The notes under the pieces: generated by a model
Database searches by the model: none
The model's input: only the letters and a program-made list of their open reading frames with translations
Told to the model about the DNA's origin: nothing
Source: a virus
Strand: one strand, 5' to 3'
DNA length: 64,000 nt
IMG/VR virus record: IMGVR_UViG_3300048091_000425
Shown: positions 55,793 to 63,917 of the stretch, in pieces
How positions within the stretch are numbered: position 1 is the first letter of the stretch
Layout of the letters: every line of letters begins with the position of its first letter
Position numbers and translations under genes: made by a program

Positions 55793-55981
55793 CTACTTCC
55801 GCTTGCTGCGATTCCTGGCCTTCTCACCCTTGCTGCGAATAGCCGGCGAAAACGGATCGCCCTTACGTTTTTCATTTTCGCGATAGAACGACGTCCGAAG
55901 GTCGGCGATCTTTCCCAGCGACGTCACAACGCGGCTGTGTTCGTTGTTTTGGTAATACGACATTCCCGAGCCTTCGGTCAT
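55793..55981 (-). CDS. Small basic peptide (RSKGEKARNR), cut off from its RBS by the IS
   Basis: Paralogue of 57339-57521; ATG sits exactly at the IS junction. Confidence 0.6.
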   Translation of the reverse strand: MTEGSGMSYYQNNEHSRVVTSLGKIADLRTSFYRENEKRKGDPFSPAIRSKGEKARNRSKRK

Positions 55982-57272
55982 CCAGTCCTAGCCTTGGAAA
56001 CCCCTTCCTTCAGGTGGGGGAGGAAAAGGCTTCAATGAAGTTGAAATTAGTTGTACATATATACAGCATTATGCAATAGTCAATTTATGACAAAACGCGC
56101 CTACAAATATAGGTTTTACCCTACTCAAGAGCAGGTTTTGCTCCTGGAGAAAACCTTTGGCTGCGTTCGATTCGTATACAATCATGTCCTGAATTTCAGG
56201 TCAAAACAATACTCAGAAAATGCCGTTCGAATTGGCTTCACACAGGCCAATGCTGAGCTCACTCGCCTGAAAAAAGACCCTGAAAAATCCTGGCTCTCAG
56301 AGGTCTCATGCGTGCCGCTTCAGCAGGTGCTACGGCACCAGCAGACCGCTTTCACAAATTTCTTCGAAAAACGCGCTGGATACCCATCCTTCAAGAAAAA
56401 GCACCATCGGCAGTCGGCTGAGTTCACGCGCAGCGCGTTCAAGTATGTCGGCGGCCAACTGTTCATGGCCAAGAGCAAAATCCCCCTGAATATCCGCTGG
56501 AGCCGCGAGCTGCCCAGCGATCCGTCGACCGTCACGATTTCCAAGGATTGGGCCGGGCGCTACTTCGTGTCCATGCTTTGCGAATTCACACCAGAAGCGC
56601 TACCTGTGACACCGGAAATGGTTGGAATCGACCTTGGCTTGACCCACCTATTTATCCGTGACGACGGCAAGAAAGAAGAAAATCCAAAACACACGGCCCG
56701 CTACGCGGCCCGATTGGCGCTGCTCCAGCGCCGGCTGTCAAAGAAAAAGCTGGGCTCTGCGAATCGCCAGAAGGCGAAGCGCAAGGTGGCCAAGTTGCAC
56801 GCGAAGATTGCCGATACTCGCCAGGACAACCTTCACCAGGTGTCACGCAGATTGATCAACGAAAACCAAGTGATCTGTGTCGAGTCTCTTAAAATCAAAA
56901 ATATGGTAAAAAACCGTCGATTATCCAAGGCTATAAGTGATGCCGGTTGGGGAGAATTTATCCGCCAGCTGGACTACAAAGGCACTTGGGCTGGTCGTCA
57001 GCTGGTCAAAATTGACCAATGGGCGCCCAGTAGCAAGAAATGCTCTTGCTGCGGTCACGTGATGGAAAAGATGCCGCTGAATGTTCGATTCTGGACGTGC
57101 CCTGCCTGCCAGGAAAAGCACGACCGCGATGTGAACGCAGCGCGAAATATTAGAGCCGTGGGACTCACGGTGCTAGCCTGTGGAGAGGCCAGAAGTCCAA
57201 ACGCTCTAGCAGCGTAAGGCAGGCCTCTGCGAAGCAGGAATCCCCTTCTCTTCAGGGAGGGGAGGATGTCAA
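55982..57272 (+). mobile_element. IS1341-type (tnpB-only) IS200/IS605 element
   Basis: Left guide GAAA at +16..+19 predicts target TCAT (55978-55981, seen); right guide GAAT with end TCAA (57269-57272); hairpins CCCCTTCCTTCAGGTGGGGG and CCCCTTCTCTTCAGGGAGGGG. Confidence 0.92.
56087..57217 (+). CDS. tnpB: TnpB RNA-guided nuclease
   Basis: AYKYRFYPT start, GIDLG, VESL, CSCCG/CPAC Zn finger, DRDVNAA. Confidence 0.95.
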   Translation: MTKRAYKYRFYPTQEQVLLLEKTFGCVRFVYNHVLNFRSKQYSENAVRIGFTQANAELTRLKKDPEKSWLSEVSCVPLQQVLRHQQTAFTNFFEKRAGYPSFKKKHHRQSAEFTRSAFKYVGGQLFMAKSKIPLNIRWSRELPSDPSTVTISKDWAGRYFVSMLCEFTPEALPVTPEMVGIDLGLTHLFIRDDGKKEENPKHTARYAARLALLQRRLSKKKLGSANRQKAKRKVAKLHAKIADTRQDNLHQVSRRLINENQVICVESLKIKNMVKNRRLSKAISDAGWGEFIRQLDYKGTWAGRQLVKIDQWAPSSKKCSCCGHVMEKMPLNVRFWTCPACQEKHDRDVNAARNIRAVGLTVLACGEARSPNALAA

Positions 57273-57338
57273 GATAACGCTCCGTAGCTGCACGCTGATA
57301 GACGATCACCATATATTGGCATCGCCTGCTGAAGGGTA

Positions 57339-57521
57339 CTAGTTCCGCTTGTGGCGATTGCGGGCTTTCTCGCCTTTGCTGCGAAAGGCCGGAGTGAACG
57401 GATCAAGCTTGCGCTGTTCATTCTCCCGATGAAAAGCTGCACGAAGACCGACTGACGGAAATCCAATTTCATTGAGTCGGTTGATCGTAAGGTGAAACGA
57501 TTTCCCAAAACCTACTTCCAT
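57339..57521 (-). CDS. Small basic peptide (RSKGEKARNR)
   Basis: FHRENEQRK.DPF.PA.RSKGEKARNR shared with 55793-55981. Confidence 0.65.
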   Translation of the reverse strand: MEVGFGKSFHLTINRLNEIGFPSVGLRAAFHRENEQRKLDPFTPAFRSKGEKARNRHKRN

Positions 57522-57525
57522 GTTC

Positions 57526-57702
57526 CTATCGCTCGCGAGTCATGAAATCGGTGAAGAACTCGAGCCACAAGCCTGCGTTGTCATCCCCCAGTTCCAGCGG
57601 GAAAATCTCGGGGTTGGCGGCGTGCGAAGCGCGATACTCAGCAGCAAAGGCTTCGATATCGACCTTCACCTCCTCGACGAATTGTTCCAGAGTCTGTGCC
57701 AT
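57526..57702 (-). CDS. Small acidic phage-type protein
   Basis: GGAG RBS before MAQTLEQF. Confidence 0.6.
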   Translation of the reverse strand: MAQTLEQFVEEVKVDIEAFAAEYRASHAANPEIFPLELGDDNAGLWLEFFTDFMTRER

Positions 57703-57795
57703 GGGTTCTCCTGGGATTTCCTGGGGCGGAAATGCCCCTTCTCTACGCACACGGCCCCGCGTGTGCGGGGCTTGTGAGTTTAGCGTTGGGCTCAA

Positions 57796-58107
57796 TCAGA
57801 GGCCCAGATCCGAGGCTGGGATACCAATCGTTTCTGCCCATTTTCGACCATAGCCTTCAACTTCAGCACCTTCGGCATCGTCCAGAATTTCGATGGCCTC
57901 CACCGGGTAATTGAGGGTTCCTTCATGGCCCTGTCGCGACACATACTTGATCGACTGGCCAACGGCGGTGATCGGCGTGACCACCTTCGACCCGATGAAG
58001 ACTCGGGCACCGAACGGCTGTACGTCAATCACCACGCCATCGCGCACGTACCATTCAGTGAAGTCCTGGCCACGGTCGACCAGAGTGAGTTTCTGTACTT
58101 GTGCCAT
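57796..58107 (-). CDS. Phage-type hypothetical protein
   Basis: 'D.GQDF.EW....G.V....PF' pattern. Confidence 0.65.
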   Translation of the reverse strand: MAQVQKLTLVDRGQDFTEWYVRDGVVIDVQPFGARVFIGSKVVTPITAVGQSIKYVSRQGHEGTLNYPVEAIEILDDAEGAEVEGYGRKWAETIGIPASDLGL

Positions 58108-58174
58108 GCTGATTTCCCTTCTATTGCTTTGACAGGTTAGTCATTTCTAACTTGCTCAGTTCCCGCCCCTCGGT

Positions 58175-58621
58175 TCAACGAACCTGGGGGAGTTCCTTGC
58201 GCATGAACCGCTGACCCACGCCATCTGTAGGCTTTGGTATATTGGCTCGAATGACCATTTCTTCATGCGCAGCCCACTTCAGCACTGCACTAAAACCGAG
58301 TTCGCCACATTCTTTCGTCTGTTCCTGCAACTTTGCATAGGCCAAAAAGTCGACCGGCTCGTAATCGGTCAATCTGTTATCCATTGCTTCGCCCCACGAC
58401 TTCGGCAATTTGCACATTTTGAATGCCAGAAAGAAAGCGAGCGTACAGATGATCAAAGACCAAACCAATGATTGGAGTGGTACAGACACGATCCCGGAAA
58501 CAATCATCGCTGCGAGTACGACTTGGGTATGCTGGGAAAATTCACCTTCCCGCACATTCACAGCAGCAGCCTGAATAGAGCCCAGCAGGTTGAGTTTTTC
58601 TTCGATGAATTTCTTGTCCAA
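58175..58621 (-). CDS. Two-TM membrane protein
   Basis: Homologous to 40314-40853 (Y.P.D...Y..LQ...W...E). Confidence 0.6.
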   Translation of the reverse strand: MDKKFIEEKLNLLGSIQAAAVNVREGEFSQHTQVVLAAMIVSGIVSVPLQSLVWSLIICTLAFFLAFKMCKLPKSWGEAMDNRLTDYEPVDFLAYAKLQEQTKECGELGFSAVLKWAAHEEMVIRANIPKPTDGVGQRFMRKELPQVR

Positions 58622-58723
58622 GTGATGCTCCAGGTCTGGTCTATGGGGCTGAATCGGCGCCTCCCCTACTGACTTAGCCCCGCTTTTGAGGGCGGGGCTT
58701 CGATCTGAAGCGAAACAAATAGT

Positions 58724-59083
58724 CTATTGATCAGGTTCATGATCAGGTTTTTCAGCACATGCCTCGATTTCAGCGTTCTTGCGCTTGGCAAGAAGCATGT
58801 CCCTGACGATGAACGCGGTGATCAGCAGGGAGATTAGGCTACCCACCATGAGCATGGTCAACGGCACCCTCCAGTCATACCACAGCCAGCCTGACTCCCA
58901 TATCAGACTATCCATTCCAAATAGTAGTTGGAAGACGCTACCCGCCATTAGGATCGAGACCACCACCGTTAGAAATCGGTACCCGGCCAGCCAGAAACCC
59001 AGGCACATCATGCTCAAGCCAACGCAGACTATTACCCAATCGCAGGTGGAGCCGTATTCCGACAGTGTTAGCGAAGTTTCCAC
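58724..59083 (-). CDS. Membrane protein (about 3 TM)
   Basis: Hydrophobic stretches, GAGGTG RBS. Confidence 0.6.
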   Translation of the reverse strand: METSLTLSEYGSTCDWVIVCVGLSMMCLGFWLAGYRFLTVVVSILMAGSVFQLLFGMDSLIWESGWLWYDWRVPLTMLMVGSLISLLITAFIVRDMLLAKRKNAEIEACAEKPDHEPDQ

Positions 59084-59178
59084 ATCACCACCTCTTGGGA
59101 CGAGCGTTAATTGACGTTAAATCTATCGAAATTGGGCAAATTATGCATTCAGCATAAACTCCCTAATTTCCCTACATT

Positions 59179-59388
59179 TCAGGCCATCAGTTTTTGAAGA
59201 CCGTCAGCGTAGCCTTCCCAAGTATCTACGCAGCCGTTCGTGACGACCGAGACAAGCCTAGTTTCGGTGTCTAGCCAATACACCTTCCCCCTGGCTCCGT
59301 GGGCGTTGTGGCCGTGATCCTGGATCACCACTGTGTCCTCCAGCGCCAAATCATCGAACGTCACGCTGGCAAATTGTTCATTGGCCAT
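59179..59388 (-). CDS. Small hypothetical protein (KOW/SH3-like)
   Basis: 69 aa. Confidence 0.55.
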   Translation of the reverse strand: MANEQFASVTFDDLALEDTVVIQDHGHNAHGARGKVYWLDTETRLVSVVTNGCVDTWEGYADGLQKLMA

Positions 59389-59782
59389 CGGACAGCCTCG
59401 CTATCTTGAGCAAGCACCTATCACACGTCACAGCTTCTGACTCGGTGCAGCTCCAGTCAGAGGAGCCTTGTGGGTGGGCGCCGCAAAACGCGTCCCAGGC
59501 GCCAGGCTTGACCGCGTGAACCACGCTGCCGTGATCCCGCTCATTTCCGTTCGCTCGCCGGCCAGTCTTCTGCAGGGCCAGATAGCGTTTGGACTGCGCC
59601 ACTGGCGTAGCCTCAGGTGGGAGCTCAGCGGTGGATTCAGGCTGGCGCTCGACGAGCTGGCCGGAGTCCTTCACCGATTTCATCAGTAGATCAAACGTAG
59701 TCATTGAGGATCTCCTCCAGCCTGAGAGCTCAGCCCTGTTCCAGGGAATCAGCCGATTCGCTTCTTTCTGAGCTTCTTGCAC
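59378..59782 (-). CDS. Zn-binding hypothetical protein
   Basis: H...CG...TCDRC; true start probably internal MTTF. Confidence 0.6.
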   Translation of the reverse strand: MQEAQKEANRLIPWNRAELSGWRRSSMTTFDLLMKSVKDSGQLVERQPESTAELPPEATPVAQSKRYLALQKTGRRANGNERDHGSVVHAVKPGAWDAFCGAHPQGSSDWSCTESEAVTCDRCLLKIARLSDGQ

Positions 59783-60237
59783 TTCTTTCTGAGCTGCTTC
59801 ATGCGCTCTGGATTTGCCCTCATTGTTTTAGCCATTGCATCGAAGAATTTATCCAAGGTATCAGCAAACTGATGGGCGCCAGCCTCGGTGCTGAACCTGG
59901 AACTGATGGCCACCCCATGGGAGAACCCAGCCTTTTCCAACTCCATGAATTTTGGGGTCAGGCGGACGTAAAAATCGCTGTCGAAGTAGACCATCGTCCA
60001 GAGGCTATCGCGGCGAAATGGATCACGACGCACGGTGCCTGGGATTTTGGTGATGTCGCCCTCAAGACCATGTTCCTTCATGTAATGGTCTTGAGGGATG
60101 AAAACCATCACGTCCACAGGCTTGGCACGCTCACGGGCTGCGACCAGCTTCCCACAGCACGGGGCAGTAAACGCCGGAACTGAGTAGCCTTTAAGCTTTT
60201 CGTTGCAGTACGGGCAACTCAAAAGATCTGGGGTCAT
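59749..60237 (-). CDS. Zinc-ribbon protein
   Basis: CPYC...CCG. Confidence 0.6.
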   Translation of the reverse strand: MTPDLLSCPYCNEKLKGYSVPAFTAPCCGKLVAARERAKPVDVMVFIPQDHYMKEHGLEGDITKIPGTVRRDPFRRDSLWTMVYFDSDFYVRLTPKFMELEKAGFSHGVAISSRFSTEAGAHQFADTLDKFFDAMAKTMRANPERMKQLRKKCKKLRKKRIG

Positions 60238-60467
60238 TATGAATACCGGCTCAATCTGAAGGTTTAAGGATTTTGAGGAACGCCATCATGAACAAAGTCG
60301 AGAGTACGGCGGCAACGCCAGACCTGGACAAGTATCCTTCCGGGACAGGCGGGAGCGTGATAACTGCCAATATGGCAGAAATCATTGCGCTGAAAAGAAG
60401 GGAAGTGACAAGTTTAAGTATCATTCAGAAATCTCGACATTCGATGGCAGAAGGAATCAATGGAGTG

Positions 60468-60496
60468 ATTGTATTACTCTAGGGATTCACTTGCAA
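60468..60496 (-). promoter_or_regulatory. CTAG-operator promoter (copy 9)
   Basis: TTGCAA-gtgaatccCTAGagtaa-TACAAT. Confidence 0.75.
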
Positions 60497-60762
60497 CCAA
60501 ATAATGCCAACAATTTGAACATCTTTCTCGCGCTGAAGATGCGGCGGCGCTCGTCACGCCGGCCTGTAAATTCATCAGTGCGAAGATAGCCATGCTCGGC
60601 AGCAAGGCCTTCACCCCGTCTAATGTTCACCTCGTCGGCCATGCCCAAGTCGACCGCCTGCCAGCCCTTCTCCAGGTACGTGTACAGGCTATGGCGCTGG
60701 GCACCGGTTATGCCAGGAAGACGCGCTTCCACCTCAGTAGGCAACGCGTCAACAAGGCCCAA
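60487..60762 (-). CDS. Hypothetical protein
   Basis: 91 aa. Confidence 0.55.
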   Translation of the reverse strand: MGLVDALPTEVEARLPGITGAQRHSLYTYLEKGWQAVDLGMADEVNIRRGEGLAAEHGYLRTDEFTGRRDERRRIFSARKMFKLLALFGCK

Positions 60763-60764
60763 GG

Positions 60765-61370
60765 CTACATGGCAGATTCAGGAGAGATCGCCAATCCGCG
60801 AGCGGCACGCAAGCGGCTACGCTCTTCACGTAGACCAGCTTCGATATCGGCACGGCATTTTTTCAGGAAGTCCTGACCTGAAACCACGTAGACACTGTGG
60901 GGGGACGCCAGCCACATCAAGACCTGCTCCATGGTTTCGCAGTCATCCGCGCTCAGTTTCGGCGGCTTCACAGCGCCCGGCTCCATCATCACCGCTTCCA
61001 AACTGCGGACACCGCTGTTTGTGGTACTGCTCCGGCGATTTTCCAGCGCCCACTCGGCGATGTAGCCCTCTTCCTTGTCCCCAATCACGTCGCACATCAG
61101 GTCGGCTTTCTGCAAGAAGCCCAGGCCATTGTTTGTTCCCAACCAGCGCACCATACTGGCCGCGACCGTGGCATGACGCTGGGTCAGAATACCGTCGCCC
61201 GGCGAAACAACGTGCATCAGCATGCCGTTCGGGCCGTCGAAATCCGGGTGATAACCATTGTCTTGCGCCAGCAGCTCCTGCCAGTTCTTTAGAAACACCT
61301 GCTCACCCAGACAGCCTTCGCGGGCCGGTCTGACGGGGTCGTGCTGGAAAGCCTGGTTCGCTTTGCTCAT
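60765..61370 (-). CDS. Hypothetical protein
   Basis: 201 aa; 'A.S.V.WLGTN.G..FL' pattern. Confidence 0.65.
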   Translation of the reverse strand: MSKANQAFQHDPVRPAREGCLGEQVFLKNWQELLAQDNGYHPDFDGPNGMLMHVVSPGDGILTQRHATVAASMVRWLGTNNGLGFLQKADLMCDVIGDKEEGYIAEWALENRRSSTTNSGVRSLEAVMMEPGAVKPPKLSADDCETMEQVLMWLASPHSVYVVSGQDFLKKCRADIEAGLREERSRLRAARGLAISPESAM

Positions 61371-61479
61371 TATTCAAATCCTGATGGTGGGGATATCCAT
61401 ACCCCATTAAGCGCGAATGACGATGCTGGATGCAAGCAGCCGGGCTGGCGCCGGAAGTGGCGACTTCTCTCTTGCCGCT

Positions 61480-61911
61480 CTACTCCTCGCTGTCTTCGTC
61501 ACTCGCCGGTGCGAGATCGTACTCAAGAGTGGCAACGGCGCCGGCATCCAGGGATCGCAAGCAGTCTTTGTCGTTTTCGCAGGGCTTCACGACAGGGAAC
61601 TCGCCGAGGAAGGCAGTGCCTTTGACCTCTTCAACCAAGATGCCGACGTCGTTTGGACAGGATTTGCGCTCAACCTCGACCTTGAAGGTATTTTCGCTTT
61701 CAGCTCGCACCAAAGCGCCGGTGAACGTGCACCGCCCCTTCATGTCGATCAAGCCTGCCTGGGAATTACCGCCGTGCAGGTTGTCGAGGCTGGTCATGGT
61801 CGAAACCTGGGTGGTTTCCGCCAGCGCCGGCTGTGCCAGGCACATCAGGCCAAAAGACATGACTGTGATGAGTGCTGCCGAGGTGCGCATTTTCATGAAA
61901 ATCCATTCCAT
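61480..61911 (-). CDS. Putative exported protein
   Basis: Signal peptide ending ALA; four Cys. Confidence 0.65.
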   Translation of the reverse strand: MEWIFMKMRTSAALITVMSFGLMCLAQPALAETTQVSTMTSLDNLHGGNSQAGLIDMKGRCTFTGALVRAESENTFKVEVERKSCPNDVGILVEEVKGTAFLGEFPVVKPCENDKDCLRSLDAGAVATLEYDLAPASDEDSEE

Positions 61912-61926
61912 AACTGTTGTGTCAGC

Positions 61927-61955
61927 AATGTATTACCCTAGGGGTTCAGTTGCAA
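61927..61955 (-). promoter_or_regulatory. CTAG-operator promoter (copy 10)
   Basis: TTGCAA-ctgaacccCTAGggtaa-TACATT. Confidence 0.75.
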
Positions 61956-62038
61956 GCGGTTATGGCATTTTAATGCAATTATTTTTAGGCGGTTGGCTTG
62001 CGGGCACCTTCGGGCTCGGCTCAAAAACAAGTAACCCC

Positions 62039-62117
62039 CTGGTGCGCAGTGCCGGACAAATCCGACCCGAGGCGTGGGGGTTTTTAACAACAGTCCACTG
62101 GTGCGCAGCACCGGACA
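62039..62117. repeat. Two 20-bp direct repeats with 39-bp spacer
   Basis: CTGGTGCGCAGTGCCGGACA (62039-62058) and CTGGTGCGCAGCACCGGACA (62098-62117), 18/20 identical. Confidence 0.7.
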
Positions 62118-62181
62118 TGGCCGGCCTGATGCGTGAGGATAGTGCACATTCGATGGTAAAGCGCGACCTGGTAGCCGTCAA

Positions 62182-62760
62182 TCACACCACTACCGCAAAG
62201 TCTTCGCAGGGAAAACGACCTTTCAACGCCTCAGCCAGAGCCAGGTTCTCCTCGGGCGAGTACTTGCTCGACCAGGTTATTTCGCTGGTCAGTAGCACCG
62301 GTTCCTTGATGCTGCGATAGATCTGGGTACTATCTTCACCTGGCTGAATTTTTTGCAACCATTCCGCAGGGATCTGTTCAAAGTGACGTGTCTGGCCGGC
62401 ACGTTTGTCCGCATTATGAGCCTTATTTTGGTCAAGGTATGGAGTCAGATGAACGTATGTTCTACATACCAAGACCAGCGAGCTCTCCTCGGTAATACCA
62501 AACGATTCAGCGAAATCGTGTGCTTCCTTGTGGTTCAGGGACGTAAAAAATCCGTAGTAGTCATTGTAATGGGCGCCTTTTTTTAAGATCTTCCCACCGT
62601 GGTGATACTCGATCTCGGTAGAAGACTCAGCCACCCATACGAATTGCTTGCTGAATTCGAATGCCTGGTTTTTACCGCCCACCAGCGAAAATTGCAGCAA
62701 ATCTTCGTCAGTGACTTTGTAGATAGGGCCCTTGGTCTGAATGGCCATGTTCTGTTGCAT
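62182..62760 (-). CDS. Hypothetical protein
   Basis: 192 aa. Confidence 0.65.
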   Translation of the reverse strand: MQQNMAIQTKGPIYKVTDEDLLQFSLVGGKNQAFEFSKQFVWVAESSTEIEYHHGGKILKKGAHYNDYYGFFTSLNHKEAHDFAESFGITEESSLVLVCRTYVHLTPYLDQNKAHNADKRAGQTRHFEQIPAEWLQKIQPGEDSTQIYRSIKEPVLLTSEITWSSKYSPEENLALAEALKGRFPCEDFAVVV

Positions 62761-62816
62761 GGTGCTGTCCTTCTTGTCTTGTGATGATGCCTTAGCCGGC
62801 GTGCAGCCTCAGTGTT

Positions 62817-63113
62817 TCAATCCCAGCCGTAGATGTACGCTGGCGCGTTCAGGGCTGCCACGTCCTGGCGCAGTGATGTTTCGAGCTTTTCAGTTTTTCC
62901 CTCGTCCACGTTAAACACATCCAGGGAATCGAGGTGCTTATCGCCTACCAACTGGACTTCATCGAGGGTGTAGTCTTCCCGTGGATAACCGAATTTCTCA
63001 CACAGAATTTCGATTGCCCCTTCCGGCGTGAACGCTGCAACGATGTCGTAATCACCGACCTGGTAAGCCTTCAGGGTTTGAGTGCTCGCTTCTGTCATTA
63101 TGATCTCCGGCAA
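62817..63113 (-). CDS. Acidic phage-type protein
   Basis: 'LKAYQVGD.DIVAA' pattern. Confidence 0.65.
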   Translation of the reverse strand: MPEIIMTEASTQTLKAYQVGDYDIVAAFTPEGAIEILCEKFGYPREDYTLDEVQLVGDKHLDSLDVFNVDEGKTEKLETSLRQDVAALNAPAYIYGWD

Positions 63114-63118
63114 TTAAG

Positions 63119-63652
63119 TCAGTTCAGCGTTGGATTTGGCGCCGGCGCCAGCGAGGCGATGGCGGCTTTGAAGTTGATGTGAACCTCGCTGAAAGCCGCA
63201 GAGTGCGAAAACACCCATTCGTACATCTCGTCTTTTGGCTTTTCTTTCAGGTCGTACGGGGCTTGCAACCGCATCATCTCGCCTCGTCGCATTTCCAGCC
63301 ACTGACGGAACGTCTCAAGGTTGTGCACGCCGGCGTGTATATGAAACCCATCCAGCGGCCCACTGGCCAGCAACTCGGCCACCGAGTACAGGTTGGCGGC
63401 CTTGAGGCGCTCGTCCAGGCCCAGCTTGTCTTCGTTCGCGCTCAGGCGCTGGATCACCGAAGAACCCACGTCCGTGAACTCGTAGCGTGAGAAACCCGTC
63501 GAGCGAATCATGCCAGCACGCGCCAGCGACGTCATACGCTCGGCGGGAACGTCATACCCCTGCCCGTCTTCCGAGGTCTCATGAAAGCGCTGGAGATCTT
63601 TCACCTGCCGCTCGGTGAGCGTGACTGTCAATTCAATGGTTTTATCGGTCAT
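63119..63652 (-). CDS. Phage-like modular protein
   Basis: Likely start MTDKT at 63652; 'L.RF.ET.EDG.GYDV' module. Confidence 0.65.
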   Translation of the reverse strand: MTDKTIELTVTLTERQVKDLQRFHETSEDGQGYDVPAERMTSLARAGMIRSTGFSRYEFTDVGSSVIQRLSANEDKLGLDERLKAANLYSVAELLASGPLDGFHIHAGVHNLETFRQWLEMRRGEMMRLQAPYDLKEKPKDEMYEWVFSHSAAFSEVHINFKAAIASLAPAPNPTLN

Positions 63653-63665
63653 CTGTTCGTCCCTG

Positions 63666-63917
63666 TCAGCAGAAAAAGTTGAGCAACTCAGCCCGGTCGG
63701 CCAGTTCTTTCTCACGTCCGGCCTCAAAGGCCTCAGTCCAGGCTGCCGGTGCTGGCGCCTGGGCGGCTTCGCCACGGTACCCCCTAACCCAGGCTGACTC
63801 AAGGTCACCTTTGCCGATATACGGATTTGCAGCGAGCCTTCCGGCGATGCAGGTGCATGGCACTGGAAGGTCGCTGGCGACGTACGCACAGTTCGGCTCA
63901 TGCTGGGTCTCGATCAT
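63666..63917 (-). CDS. Small hypothetical protein
   Basis: 83 aa, GAAGGTGAG RBS. Confidence 0.55.
   Translation of the reverse strand: MIETQHEPNCAYVASDLPVPCTCIAGRLAANPYIGKGDLESAWVRGYRGEAAQAPAPAAWTEAFEAGREKELADRAELLNFFC

Noticed and set aside
56051-56066. LexA SOS box upstream of tnpB (TTGTACATATATACAG)
   Set aside because: The invariant first C of CTGT is T; likely AT-rich promoter sequence. An EMSA would settle it.
56051-56086. Extended TTG start for tnpB
   Set aside because: Homologous TnpB proteins begin at the M..RAYKYRFYP motif (ATG 56087).
57269-57508. 79-aa ORF overlapping the RSKGEKARNR gene
   Set aside because: The alternative frame has paralogue support; this one has none.
828-61941. 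Numerous long + strand ORFs antisense to the minus-strand genes (e.g. 11261-12169, 36530-37621, 53893-54780)
   Set aside because: Shadow ORFs of GC-rich coding sequence with no motifs or RBS.
62039-62117. CRISPR array
   Set aside because: Only two short repeats and no cas genes; kept only as a low-interest repeat.
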